Shown here: positions 39,021 to 53,179 of the stretch, in pieces
How the letters are laid out: the number at the start of each line of letters is the position of its first letter
Numbering within the stretch: the first letter of the stretch is position 1
Source of the DNA: Eledone cirrhosa
Lineage: Eukaryota
Direction of reading: 5' to 3'
Length of the DNA stretch: 64,000 nt
NCBI GenBank assembly: GCA_964016885.1
Contig: OZ024763.1
Location: 25,544,001 to 25,608,000, forward strand
Notes under the pieces: generated by a model
Seen by the model: only the letters and a program-made list of their open reading frames with translations
Databases searched by the model: none
What the model was told of the DNA's origin: nothing
Program-made: the position numbers and the translations under genes

Positions 39021-39249
39021 GGTTACTGGTATCTAGTAAGCAGTGTCAAATGAAGTATTTTCGGTAGACATTTCTATTATTTTAGTATTCTTAGAAGAGT
39101 ACAGTTGGAATCAATCTCAGGTTAATGATAAATTAATTAGACATTTAAGCAATTTCTTCGGTTTCCTTCTAAAAGTTTGTAATCTAGATGCTAATTTTGG
39201 AATGGTAAATTAAATCTCATTGATTGATATTTATATATATATACATTAC

Positions 39250-39315
<66 letters not shown>

Positions 39316-39698
39316 TACTTATACATATATATATATACATCTTTTATATATATATATATATACATTACTTATACATATATATATATATACATTACTTATA
39401 CATATATATATACATTACTTATACATATATATATATATACATTACTTATACATATATATATACATTACTTATACATATATATATATATATATATATACAT
39501 ACATTACTTATACATATATATATATATATACATTACTTATACATATATATATACATTACTTATACATATATATATATACATTACTTATACATATATATAC
39601 ATTACTTATACATATATATATATACATTACTTATACATATATATATATATATATACATACATTACTTATACATATATATATATATACATACATTACTT

Positions 39699-39739
<41 letters not shown>

Positions 39740-40187
39740 CATACATTACTTATACATATATATACATTACTTATACATATATATATATATACATTACTTA
39801 TACATATATATATATATACATTACTTATACGTATATCATCATCATCATCATATATATATATATATATATACATACATTACTTATTACATATATATATATA
39901 CATTACTTATACATATATATATATATATACATTCCAGTTGTTAGCTGCCGAGACACTGCATCCTTTAAAACCCTCATGCTTCCCGAAATACGCCAAAACT
40001 ACACCTGATGTACCCCTTCCATACACATGCACACATGTGTATATCATGACTCATGTACTGTTCATTTTCCTGACGTTTGTACATTACCCTATGTACTACA
40101 CATACACCTTTGATGAGTTGTAGTGCACCTGAGCACTGTACACAATATTTCATTATTATTATTACTTATACATAAATATATATATAT

Positions 40188-40532
40188 GGAGGCACATGGC
40201 TTAGTGGTTAGAGCATTGGCCTTGCAATCGAAAGGTTGTGAGTTCAATTCTCAGACCGGGTGATGTGTTGTTTCCTTGAGCAAGACACTTTATTTCACAT
40301 TGCTCCAGTTTACTCAGCTGTAGAAATGAGATGATAGGGACTGGGGCCATATCATTCCACTGCAAAGTGGTCGTGGAGGTGCCACGGCAAAAAAGCACCC
40401 GGCACTCACTGTAAATGAGGTTGGTGTTAGGAAGGGCATCCAGCTGTAGAAATCAAGCCAGAATCAGTTCCCGTCCCACCCTTGCAAGCAGGGAAAAGTG
40501 GACGTAAAATGAAATGATGATGATGATGATGA
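40188..40532 (+). mobile_element. Full-length tRNA-CORE-RTE SINE (cephalopod OR-like). Another copy at 59157-59543 (-)
   Basis: A box tggcttagtgg, B box gagttcaattc, CORE-like tccttgagcaagacacttt...ctcagctgtagaaatg; tail nearly identical to the RTE end at about 34308-34350. Confidence 0.88.
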
Positions 40533-40704
40533 TATATATATATACACACATACATTATATACATTACATATATATATATATATATATACATTACACATAT
40601 ATATCTATATACACACATGCAAATAAACATTACATATATATCATCCTTTTACAACCATATATATATGTATGTGGGTGTAAAGAATCTGCAATAGAGGAAA
40701 CCTG

Positions 40705-41512
40705 GTGATGATGGCGGTGATGATGGTGGTGGTGGTGGTGGTGGTGATGGTGGTGATGATGGTGGTGGTGCTGATGGTGGTGGTGATGATGGTGGTGGTG
40801 ATGATGGTGATGATGGTGCTGGTGCTGATGGTGATGATGGTGGTGATGATGGTGGTGGTGATGATGGTGGTGGTGCTGATGGTGGTGGTGATGATGGTGG
40901 TGGTGATGATGGTGATGATGGTGGTGGTGATGATGGTGATGATGGTGGTGATGATGGTGGTGGTGCTGATGGTGGTGATGATGGTGATGGTGGTGATGAT
41001 GGTGGTGGTGATGATGGTGATGATGGTGATGATGGTGGTGGTGATGATGGTGGTGATGATGGTGGTGGTGCTGATGGTGGTGGTGCTGATGGTGATGATG
41101 GTGGTGATGATGATGGTGATGATGGTGGTGATGATGGTGGTGATGATGATGGTGATGATGGTGGTGATGATGGTGGTGGTGCTGATGGTGGTGGTGGTGG
41201 TGATGATGGTGGTGGTGGTGGTGCTGATGATGGTGATGGTGGTGATGATGGTGATGGTGCTGATGGTGATGATGGTGGTGGTGATGGTGGTGGTGCTGAT
41301 GGTGGTGATGATGGTGATGGTGGTGATGATGGTGGTGGTGATGATGGTGATGGTGGTGGTGATGGTGGTGATGATGGTGATGGTGCTGATGGTGATGATG
41401 GTGGTGGTGATGGTCGTGGTGCTGATGGTGGTGATGATGGTGATGGTGGTGATGATGGTGGTGGTGATGATGGTGATGGTGGTGGTGATGGTGGTGATGA
41501 TGGTGATGATGG
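40705..41512. repeat. (GGT/GAT)n microsatellite
   Basis: Source of the poly-His ORF. Confidence 0.95.
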
Positions 41513-41934
41513 TGGATTGGCAGTATTGGTAGAGGGTCGGATGACATGACGCCATGCTTTTCAGCTTAGAGTTAGGGCCCTTTATGGTCCGAGTTCAAAT
41601 CCCGCCGAGGTTAACTTTGCCTTTCATCCTTACGGGGGGTCAATAAAATAAAGTACCAGTCACGCACTGGGGTCGATTTAATCGACCCCCCCCCCCAATT
41701 ACTGGCCTTGTGCCTATACTAGAAATCATTATTATTATTATTATTATTATTTAATTAAAAGAAGAAAGGAAATTCTACAGTATATAATGACTTTTTAATT
41801 AATGAGTAATAAGAAACTATTTTCAAAGTTAAACTGTATCAACTGTTGATATGGTGCCATATATATATATATATAGAAGTAACTGAAGGCTGTTGGTTTT
41901 GTCAGGGAATATCATAGTATGGTAGGTGGGTATA

Positions 41935-42425
41935 GGGGTCTTTTGTGGAGAGTGGTGTTGTTGGGGTCTTATGTGGAGAGGGTGGTGTTGTGGGGGTCTT
42001 TTGTGAAGAGAGGGGTGTTGTGGAGGGGTCTTATGTGGAGAGGGTGGTGTTGTGGGGGTCTTTTGTGAAGAGAGTGGTTTTGTGGAGAGGGTGGTGTTGT
42101 GGGGGTCTTTTGTGGAGAGGGTGGTGTTGTGGAGGGGTCTTATGTGGAGAGGGTGGTGTTGAGGGGGGTCTTTTGTGGAGAGGGTGATGATGTGGGGGTC
42201 TTTTGTGGAGATGGTGGTGTTGTGGGGGTCTTTTGTGGAGAGGGTGATGATGTGGGGGTCTTTTGTGGAGATGGTGGTGTTGTGGGGGTCTTTTGTGGAG
42301 ATGGTGGTGATGTGGGGGTCTTTTGTGGAGAGGGTGGTGATGTGGGGGTCTTTTGTGGAGAGGGTGATGATGTGGGGGTCTTTTGTGGAGAGGGTGATGA
42401 TGTGGGGGTCTTTTGTGGAGATGGG
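41935..42425. repeat. 30-bp G-rich minisatellite
   Basis: Unit tgtgggggtcttttgtggagagggtgatga. Confidence 0.95.
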
Positions 42426-43049
42426 TGTTGGTCCTGTTGTTTATAAACCAAGGCAGCTAATCAACACATTATTTTTATCGACAGTTAATCAACAAAATCC
42501 CAGGCTTCATTCACTTAACAAGTGGGGTAGAACTCATCAAATCGGACCAAGGAAACAATGTTTCCATTGGTCTTTCCAAATGCTAATACTATCTACTATC
42601 TACTTTTCACAAATCCAGGCAGAAGGAGCAACATGAAATAAAGAGTCTGGCTCAAGGACATAACACATTGCCTGGTCTTGAAATCAAACTTGCCACCACA
42701 TGATTGTGAATCCAATTCTCTAACCACTCAGCCACCCACCTTCACAAATACTGCTTTATATTATGTTTAGATGGTGTATATAAGCCTCCCTCTCCTTCAT
42801 TTTACCATTGGTTTGTCACATATTCCCCAGTTTATATTCAAGTGCATGCAGGAAATTTAATCTTCTATTTTTTCTTCTTATAATAAATTATATTTTCAAA
42901 TTAATTTGAAACATTTTGGGGGGTTTATTATGTGGTGATAAAAAGCAGTGTAGTCATTAGTCGGGGTTTATATTTTGTACTACATTTTACTTTTGTAAAT
43001 AAAATGTATTTCCTGTTACACAGAATTTCAATTTGTGCTTATGTAGGTG

Positions 43050-43535
43050 GGCTGAAAATATTTTGATACCAAAATTGTGGGCCTGAAATTATTTTGACAC
43101 CAAAATTGTGGGCCTGAAATTATTTTGACACCAAAATTGTGGACCTGAAATTATTTTGACACCAAAATTGTGGGCCTGAAATTATTTTCACACCAAAATT
43201 GTGGACCTGAAATTATTTTGACACCAAAATTGTGGGTCTGAAATTATTTTGACACCAAAATTGTGGAGCTGAATTTTTTCTTTTTTTACACAAAAGTTTT
43301 GGGCCTGAAGCTTTTTTTTTTTTTTTTTTTTTCTGACACCAAAATTGTGGATCTGAAATTATTTTGACACCAAAATTGTGGGCCTCAAATTATTTTGACA
43401 CCAAAATTATGGGCCTGAGATTTTTTGGGACAGCAATATTGTGGGCTTTAAATTTTTTGGGACAGCAAAATTGTGGGCTTCAAGTTTTTTGACACCAAAA
43501 TTGTGGGTCTGAAATGTTTTTGACACCAAAATTGG
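43050..43535. repeat. About 31-bp minisatellite
   Basis: Unit gacaccaaaattgtgggcctgaaattatttt. Confidence 0.95.
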
Positions 43536-43746
43536 ACCACAAGAAAGAAAAGGATGAGAAATACTGCTTTACATAACCCTTTAGCATTTACATTACTCTA
43601 TTATCATATTTGTGAGATAATTATATAAGGTGAAGCCTTAACCGTGAAAATACAATAGTAAATATAGAGTAATGTAAATGTTAAAGGGTTAATGGAAATG
43701 AAAAAAAAAAAGGAGGGGGAGAAGCAGGGGAAAATGTTACACTTAC

Positions 43747-43859
43747 TGAAATGAAGGCGGTCGACTATCCCCGATGCCCCCTAACCGTTCAGGGGGTATG
43801 TCTCCTGCTTGAGAATCTGTACACTGGGACTGGTTATCACTACTCTCTGCAGGGACCAA
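43747..43859 (-). CDS. Dvl: Dishevelled exon immediately after the DIX domain
   Basis: tttctttccag acceptor, CA|gtaagt donor, 113 nt. Encodes LVPAESSDNQSQCTDSQAGDIPPERLGGIGDSRPPSF(H); GIGDSRPPSFH is a Dvl signature. Confidence 0.96.
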
Positions 43860-43949
43860 CTGGAAAGAAACAACAATAAAAAGAGGTCAGAAATGAAATC
43901 CAAACATCAAACATCAAAGATCAATTAATTTTGTTTACACCCATCAAAG

Positions 43950-44780
43950 GTGGTAAATTGTCAGAGTTGTTAGAACATCTGATAGAATGCTTTGTGGTAT
44001 TAGTTCTGCCTCTCTGAGCTCTGGGTTCAAATCCCACCAAGGTCAACTTTGCATTTCACCCTTTCAAGGTCAATAATTAATAAGTACCAGTCAAGTACTG
44101 GGGTCGATTCTTCCTCTATATCTCTTTACGTTCTGAGTTTAAATCCTGCCGAGGTTAGCTTTGCCTTTCATCCTTACAAGTTCGATAAAATAAAGTACCA
44201 GTAAGGCACTGGGGTCAATTTAATCTTTTTTCCTCTTCCCCCAAATTGTTGGCCTTATATCTAAATCAGAAACAAATATTATTATTACTGGTGGATTGGT
44301 AGTATCAGTAGAGCATCAGACACCATGCTCTACAGCACAGAGTTATGGCCCTTCATGATCTGAATTCAAATCCCGCCATGGTTAATGTTGCCTTTCATCC
44401 TTACGGGGGTCAATAAAATAAAGTACCAGTTACGTACTGGAGTCGATTTAATCGACTTTCCCCTTCCCAAAATTACTGGCCTTGTGCCTATACTAGAAAT
44501 CATTATTATTACTGTACCAGTAATGCACTGGTAATTGCTGGCCTTGTGCCTAAAGTAGAAACAATTATTATTACTGCTTTTCAGCAAAGAGTTATGTCCC
44601 TTTACGTTCTGAGTTCAAATCCCACCATGGTTAGCTTTGCCTTTCATCCTTATCAGGTCAAGAAAATAAAGTACCAGTAACACTCTGGAGTCGATTTAAT
44701 CGACTTCCCCCAACCATGACCAAAAAAAAAAAAAAAAAAAAAAAATTGTTGACCTTGTGCCTAAAGTAGAAACAATTATC
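43950..44780 (+). mobile_element. Head-to-tail cluster of about 4-5 Meta-like SINE copies
   Basis: Repeated gagttcaaatccc...gcctttcatcc...aagtaccag. Confidence 0.8.
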
Positions 44781-45261
44781 ACGACTTTTATTAAAAGCCA
44801 AGAATTTGAAATGTGAAGTGAGAACAAAATGAAATTAAATTATAGTAGTTATCTGATATGACTAAATTTAAATATTTATATGCATGAAGGAAAATAACTT
44901 CTATGAATGAACAACAAATTTTTTTTTTTTTTGTTTTTTTTTTAAAAAGAAAAAAATAATAGTAAAAAAAGAAAAGAAAAACAAATTAATTCTAACGGGA
45001 GAAAACTGATTATTTGTTTAACCCTGTTGCTACCATATTTCTAATGAAAAACATTGCTTTTCCAATCTAATCCAAACCAGGACCTTCTCACTCCTATTGG
45101 AGGAACCCCTCCCTGTCTGACCTCCACCACTTTCTGTTTGGTTCTGGTCATGTCGTATAGTCAGTGGTGTAGCTGTAGTCACCATGCTTGGCCAATTGTG
45201 GGATAGTGAGGCTATTTCACACATAGTTGGAGTGGATGGCTGTAGCCTCTAAAAAATACAT

Positions 45262-45722
45262 ACAGGCATCTACCATACTCTGAACGCCTTGCTTCCCTGG
45301 GCATGGATACATTGAAGCTCCGACGTCTGGCAAATGACTTGGTAAACACCCACAAAATTATTAACCATCTTGCCAACAACAACCCTGAGCACCTTTTTGA
45401 TTTCCATGTGGGTATGCGAATAAAGTCAGAAAACAGCACAGCTCCCATGACTATGTTGCTGAAGCATGGAACAAACTACTTGCATCAGTTATTAGCTGTC
45501 GAGACACTGCATCCCTTAAAACCTGCATGCTTCCTGAGATTCGCCAACACTATACCTGATACCCCCCCTCCTTACACACACACACACACACACACACATC
45601 TATTTCATGACTCGTACACTGATCATTTTCCTGACATTTGTACATTATTCTATGTACTATACATGCACCTTTGATGAGTTGTAGTGCACTTGAGCACTGT
45701 ACACAATAATTTCATTATTATA
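45262..45722 (+). mobile_element. CR1-clade LINE 3' fragment; second 3' end at 39933-40163
   Basis: HLPYSERLASLGMDTLKLRRLANDLVNTHKII matches the CR1 YxERLxxLxLxxLExRRLxxDL motif; shared 3' UTR and (ATT)n tail. Confidence 0.85.
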
Positions 45723-45787
45723 TATTTTTAAAATCATTCTGTCCCTTTTTTCAAAATACCTAGCTGTACCAAGGATTTCACACATTT

Positions 45788-45837
<50 letters not shown>

Positions 45838-46814
45838 CTCCAATCCAATGAAATCCAGAGCCTTCTCACACCAGTTGAAAGAACTCCTCAAGTCTAAAGT
45901 CTGTCTTAAGCCATTTAAGGCTCATTAGGCCAGTGCTTATCCTGGTTTCATGGCATGAAGTGACTGAGAATAAAAGATTCCCCCAGGACAGGACTCCAGT
46001 CCATCACAGGGTTAAACTTATTTTCAGATAAGTATACTGGAGCAATGTGAAATGAAGTGCTTTGCTCAAGAACACAACATACAACCCAACCCAGGAATCA
46101 AACACACAACATTATGATCATAAGAATTTAATTTTTAATGTGATGCAATCATAGTGCTGTTCGGTACTTTTCAAGAATGTCTTGTTAATGTGGTTTCATG
46201 TGGTTTGTTAATTCAAATGTTTATAGTATCTCTACTAGTGGAGATATTGTTGTGAGAATTTGCAGTATTAGAGTAAAGACTTTAACTTTTAAACTGATGC
46301 AGTCATAGTGATGTTTTGTACTTTTCAAGAATGTCTTGCTAATGTGGTTCCAAGAAATACAGGACATTCATAGCCAATTAATTGAAATACAGTGGATTTC
46401 ATTAGAAATATGGTAATAAAAGCATTCCAAGGCCGCCAAGACACGATATATGTCTATCCCAACAGCACTGCCTCGACTCCATGACTCCATTGGGAGTTCA
46501 AAGCCCAAACATACATGCATATGTACTTATATATGCATATATATATGTATAAAGTACAAATGTATATATATAAGTATATATATATATATATATTTCGTTT
46601 CTGAATTTGTTTAGCAAGATTCTTTATCTGAAATCGTGTGTTGAAACCGATATTGTTATACTTTGGGAGGGTCATGTTGCCAATAAGAAACACACGCACC
46701 AGTTGCTTTCACTTCAATTTATTATATATTTATAAATTCATAAATTTACAAATCTACACAAAATGGCGTAGGATAGAAGAAAGAAAAGGCACAGAAACGA
46801 AGAAAGGAATCCCC

Positions 46815-46859
46815 AGTCACTGAAGAGGTCACAGAGTGTGTGACGAAAGGACTATGACT
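46815..46859 (+). ncRNA. Minimal hammerhead ribozyme motif
   Basis: agtca CTGAAGA g gtcac agagtgt gtgac GAAA ggac TA tgact. Confidence 0.7.
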
Positions 46860-47026
46860 ATATATATAAACAACTATCTGGTTGTGGAACCAACCAACCA
46901 ACCAGAAATTTATAATTTATAAGTTTGTAGATTTGTAAATTTATGAATTTATAAATATATAATAAATTGAAGTGAAAGCAACTGGTGCGTGTGTTTCTTA
47001 TTGGCAACATGACCCTCCCAAAGTAT

Positions 47027-47094
<68 letters not shown>

Positions 47095-47116
47095 ATACTT
47101 TGGGAGGGTCATGTTG

Positions 47117-47190
<74 letters not shown>

Positions 47191-47281
47191 TGTGTAAGTA
47201 TATATACATATATATATATATATACATATATAAGTATATATATATATAGAAAGAAGAGTGATATTTTTATATATATATAGC

Positions 47282-48240
47282 AGTGGTGGAGGGTAGCCAA
47301 AGTCAGAACGGGATGGAAAAAGTTCAGAGAGCTTATACCGCTGTTGGTCACAAAAGGTTTCTCTCTAAAAATGAAAGGTAGATTGTATGATGCCTGTATA
47401 TGAACAGCAATGCTATATGGCAGTGAGACATGGGCATTACGTGCAGAGGACCTGCTCAGACTGGAAAAGAACAAAGCATGCATGCTCCGTTGGATGTGTA
47501 ATAGTAATATACGTGAGCAGCAAAGCATAAATGAACTAAGTGAGAAATTATGAATAAGAGGGATCAGATGCTGTTTACTGGAGAGAAGACTACATTGGTA
47601 TGGCCACGTGATGCACATGAAAGATGACATCTGTATAAAAAAGTGCAGGGCGGTCAAAATTGATGGTAGTTACGGAGTAGGTAGACCCAGAAAAACCCAG
47701 GACGATCTGATAAATTCCGATCTTACACACTTGCACCTCTCTAAGACAATGTCACTGGGCCGAGATCTTTGGTGCCATGCAGTAATACAGAAGACCCGCC
47801 TTGCCTATGTACAAAGCAAAACCTACAGTCAGTAGGCACCTCTTAACCAAATATACACCCCAATCCACTACCCCTACCCTATCCTCCCACTAACACCACC
47901 CTCTCTCTGTAAAGTTGGTACCACAACATCCAGTCCAAATAAATGAGATAATCAGATTGAGATCATGTAGGTGTCACGAGAAAAAAACACACAGTCCACG
48001 CTGTAATGTGGACGTGTAGGTAACACGGTAAAATGTTCCCAGTTCCACACTGTAAATGTGGTTGGTGTTAGGAAGGGCATCCAGCCGTAGAAAATCTGCC
48101 AGATAGTCCTATATGAACGAGACACGGTCACCTGACCAACCTTACCTCAAGTGGGACAACTCCCGTCTAACCCATGCTAGCGTGGAAGATGATGATGACG
48201 TTAAACGAAGATGATGATGATGATGATGATGATGATGATA
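47282..48240 (+). mobile_element. RTE LINE 3' region with a long modular 3' UTR. Related ends at 61303-61711, 54505-54820, 24047-24430, 32710-33150, 17332-17780
   Basis: KGRLYDAC..MLYGSETW..RRLHWYGHVM..DLWCHAVIQKTR, then modules and a ccatgctagcgtgg tail. Confidence 0.9.
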
Positions 48241-48540
48241 TACATATATATGATATTATAAGGTTAGTTGGAAAGTCAGATAACAACAACAGCGATAACA
48301 GCAACAACCACCACAACAACAACAAATTAAGGGGATGGCCAGACTTAGTGATGTAGTGTTATGCTGTGTTGTGTTGTTGTTTGTTTTCATCTTAGAGCAA
48401 ATATTCAATTATTTTCATATGTACTAGACCAAGACACGATACATGAAACTCAACACATAGATTCATTACTATATGTAAATATTTATTTTAGAGACAGACA
48501 CACACACACACACACGTGTGTGTGTGTGTGTTTATATATG

Positions 48541-48617
<77 letters not shown>

Positions 48618-48741
48618 GTATGTATGTATGTAAGTATATATGTATGTATATGTATGTATGTATATATATGTATGTATGTATATATATATATATATATATG
48701 TATGTATATGTATGTATATGTATGTATGTATGTATATATAT

Positions 48742-48819
<78 letters not shown>

Positions 48820-49193
48820 ATGTGTATGTATATATATATATGTATGTATATGTGTATATATATATATATTGAAAGCAGGGAAAAGCGGCTGTAAGATGAT
48901 GATAGAGAGAAAGTTATAAATATGTGGACATGTGTATATATGTGACATATATGTGTGTATATATAAATATACACTCACACACATATACACCCCCACATAT
49001 ACATGTGTATGTATATACATATATATATATAAAGAGAGAGAGAGAGGTGGATGCGTATGCACGTGTACATACACATATTTGTGTATATATATATATATAT
49101 ATGCACACATACGTGTGTATGTGTGCATATATATGTGTGTGTGTAGAGAGAGAGAGAGAGGGAGGGAGAGATGTATGCACATGTACATATACA

Positions 49194-49229
<36 letters not shown>

Positions 49230-49586
49230 ATAAATAAGCTGAACCTGCATTTAGGATATTTAATATTTATTGTGTTTTGGGGATTATCAATGATATAGGT
49301 GGCACTGGTGGTTATGATGGTATTGATGATGGTGATGGTTGTGGTGGTGGTGGTGATGTGGGTGTTGGTGGTGGTGATGGTGATGATGATGGTGGTGTTG
49401 ATGATGATGGTCGTGGTGGTGGTGGTGGTGATGATGATGATGGTTGTGGTGGTGTTGATGATGATGGTGATGATGGTGATGGGTGTGATGTTGATGGTGA
49501 TCCTTTATTTACTTGACTGTCTGTCTGTGTCTGATTTGTTTTACAAGAAATATATTAGTTTAACACTTGATATAGTAGGAAAAGAG

Positions 49587-49623
49587 TCTTAATATTTCGG
49601 GCAACTTGTCCCTTGTCAGAAGA
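49587..49623 (-). ncRNA. Decayed hammerhead motif (same family as 17908)
   Basis: tctt CTGACAA gggacaagttgccc GAAA ta TT aaga; core G8 is mutated. Confidence 0.55.
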
Positions 49624-49883
49624 TAGAATGAATAAAAGATGAAACAGAAAGATAGAGGACAGAGAAAAGAGGAAAGAAAGGGAAAAATTTAATTTTGAGA
49701 AAAAGCATAGTGTATTCAGTCAGCCAGTTTTATATACAGTGTGTTTTTACTTTTACGCAAAGATGTGTTCATGAAAGAGGCGCGTAAAGCAAATTCATGT
49801 AATTCAAGTCCAGTATTTCTGATAATTAAATAAAAATTATAAACCACATTCATTCTAGTGTGTTATTCAGGCAAAGTGAATAT

Positions 49884-50099
49884 TTAACCCTTTAGCATTT
49901 AAATCGGCCATATCCGGCCAAAATTCTCTCACCTCTTTCTGTTCAAACTGGCTGTAATTGACTGCTCATACTTATGTTAAGGTATTGTTCTCAAAATAAA
50001 TAATATCAAAATCTCATAGATTTGATATTATGTGAGATAAAGTGTTTACCGTGAAACTGTAATAGTATATATAGAGTAATGTAAATGCTAAAGGGTTAA
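49884..50099 (+). mobile_element. Intact piggyBac-type MITE. Other copies at about 17040-17332, 43574-43692, 52843-53057, 62852-63068
   Basis: TTAA|CCCTTTAGCATTTA ... TAAATGCTAAAGGG|TTAA. Confidence 0.9.
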
Positions 50100-50178
50100 T
50101 AATATTTTTTCAAGAGGTGTTAAAACAAATTCACATACTTCAAGTTCGCGTTAAAAACGAACACTGTGTATATATAAA

Positions 50179-50214
<36 letters not shown>

Positions 50215-51809
50215 AATATATATATAGAGAGAGAAAGGGACATACAACCAGAATTATATCTTCTTCCTATTCTTATTCAAACCAAACTCGTATAAAATGC
50301 CAAAATAATACCACTATTATTGTACCAAAAAATATATAATTAAATAAAATAATTTATAGGAAAATAAGGGATTATTTAGTCCTTGGGTAACTTTACTAAA
50401 GATCACACCCTGTTGTTACAAGCATCAGGGACCAAAACCCCTCACTAGTTTTGTTGTTTTTGGTCCCACCCATTCCTCTACACTCCCCTCCCCTCCTGCA
50501 GGTGTTGGTTATAGTGGTGGTGGTGGTGGTGATAGTAGTGGAGATGTTGGTTGTGGTGTTTGTAGTGGAGATGTTGGTGATGTTGGTGATCGTGATAGTG
50601 GTGTGGGTGATGGTGGTGGAGAAGGCTGGGGGGGGGGATAGTGGTGGAGATGTTGGTGATAGTGGTGGTGGTGAATGTGGTGATAGTGATGGTGGTGGTA
50701 GTGATGATAGTTGTGATGGAGATGTTGGTGATGGAAGATGTGGTGGTGGTGGTGGTGGTGGGGAGAGGGGTATTTGTTACATCAATGTCCACCCTGCCTC
50801 TCCATGCCCACCTCCACCCACCATTACCAGGGAGGAGGAGGAAGAGGAAGAGAGCTACAAAAGGTCATAGGGCACAATACTTACCCCCCCCCCCACTCAC
50901 CACCCCACCCACTTCACTGACTTTTAATTACAAAAGAGAATAAACTTCAAATGTCAAGTGAAATAGAGTGGCTAAGTACTGGCAGTATTCATTGTTGTTG
51001 TTGTTGTTGTTATTTAGCCCAGGGTCAGTCTTAATCCAGCTGACCATATTATTGATCAAAAGTGTGACTATCTTGTCTGTAACCTTTTAGCAAAAAAAAA
51101 AAAAACGTCCATATCTACCCAGAATTCCCTGTCCTCATTCTGTTCAAACTGGTTGTAACTGGCTGCTCATATTTATGTTAAAGTATTCTTCTCAAAATAA
51201 ATAGTATCAAAATTTCATAGATTTGATATTATGTGAGATAATTGTGTGAGGTAAAGGCCTTTACCACAAAAATACAATAGTATACTGGACCACCCCATGT
51301 TGGGTCATGTTCACTTGAATAATTAAAATATACACAACAGTGTCAATGTGCGTGAACGAGCCAGCATGAATGTGTTGAGAGAGGAACCGTGTCTGAGAGG
51401 GATAGAATGTAGTGTACGGGAGAGGAGACTGAGGTGGTATGGACATGTGATGCACATGGAGGATGACCGATGGGTGAAGAAGTGCCAGGAAATGCCAGTT
51501 GAAGGAAGACGTGGTAGAGGTAGACTATGAAAAACATGGGCGGGGTGGTGAGAACAGACCTCAGATCATTGAAACTCACGGTGGAGATGACAAAGGACCG
51601 TGACGAGTGGAGAGATGCTGTGCTGAATAAGACCCGTCCCACCCTTGCAAGCAGGGAAGAGCGGACGTATGATGATGATGATGATGATGACAGCCATGTA
51701 TATAATGTAAAATAAAATTGCAAGGCGCATATATATATATATATATATATATATGTGTATGTGTATACATATATATATTATGTGTATGTGTATACATATA
51801 TATATATTA

Positions 51810-51844
<35 letters not shown>

Positions 51845-51924
51845 GTCTATCTTTCAATCTACTCTCTCACAACTACTATCTCTTCCTCTCTAACTTTCTC
51901 TTTCTCTGTTTACGAAGGTAGCCA

Positions 51925-52109
51925 GAAAAATCCTGTATCTCAGGAACCCATGCTCCGATTTACATGAAACTTGTTTTATTCCATTTGTATTCCCATTTCA
52001 GTGGCAACTTCCTTTCAAACTATTTTCCCACTATGCGCCGTTTTGGCTGTATTACATTACAGACAAGCAAGCAAGCAAGCAATCACAGAGTTTTAGTAGT
52101 ATATAGATA
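51925..52109 (-). mobile_element. Possible non-autonomous Helitron 5' end
   Basis: Minus strand begins a|TCTATATACTACTAAAA followed by (TTGC)n. Confidence 0.45.
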
Positions 52110-53179
52110 CAGAGTAATGTAAATGCTGAAGGGTTAAAGACCTCTTGATTCTGTCCATCAGGGCTATGGGCCCCTATTAGTGAGAGTTGAGGAGAACAGG
52201 AGAGACAGAAGCAATGACTGTGGAAGTTTGGTTCTTTTGTGTTCAGACTTGGTGTATATGTATATATCTATTTACCACCACACACACACATTCATTTCCA
52301 TAACAATTTCAACAACAACCACATCCAAAGCTAAGCTAAGTAATGTCAATAATAAACTATCTTGCTTTGTCTTTCAAGTGACCTACTGTGGTTAAATACT
52401 GTCATTTTTGTTATTATTAGCCCCAGGTCAGCCCTAATCCAGCAGATCTTACATGAAAGTTGATCAACAAGATCCCAGACCTCATTCGCTCACTGAGTCG
52501 GGGTGGACCTCGTAAAATTGGACTAAGGAAACAATGTTTCCATTCGTCTTTCCATTGCTGATACTATCTACTAACTGCTGGTCACAACTCCTAGAAAAAC
52601 GAACAGTGTGAAGTAAAGCGTCTTGCTCAAGGATATAATGCCTCACCCAGTCCAGGAATCGAACTCACACCCTCATGATTGTGAATCAAACTCTCTAACC
52701 ACTCAACCATGCACCTAAGTACTGCCACTGTTGTTGCTGTTATTTAGCCACAGGTCAGCTCTAACCCAGTAGACCGTATTGATGATCAAAAATATTCCAG
52801 TTGCAACTATCTTGTCTTGTTTTTCAAATGACATACAATGACTAACCCTTTAGGACTTAAACCGGCCATATCCAGCCATAATTCTTTCACCTCTTTCTGT
52901 TCAAACCAGCCATAAATGGCCTCTTATACCAATGTTAAGGTATTGTTATCAAAATAGATAATATCAAAATCTCATAGATCCGATATCATGTGAGATAAAG
53001 CCTTTACCACAAAAATACAATAGTAAATCTAAAATAATGTGAATGCTAAAGGGTTAACTACTGCTGTTGTTGTTGCTGTTGTTGTTATTGTTGTTTGGCC
53101 CCAAGTCAAACCTTCTCCAGCAGACCATATTGATGATGAAAGGTGTTACTACCATAGCCACTCCACTGGGATTATTACC

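Noticed and set aside
40188-40260. tRNA-like sequences
   Set aside because: SINE heads continuing into core and tail, with no proper acceptor stem.
40630-41555. Poly-His ORF
   Set aside because: Trinucleotide microsatellite.
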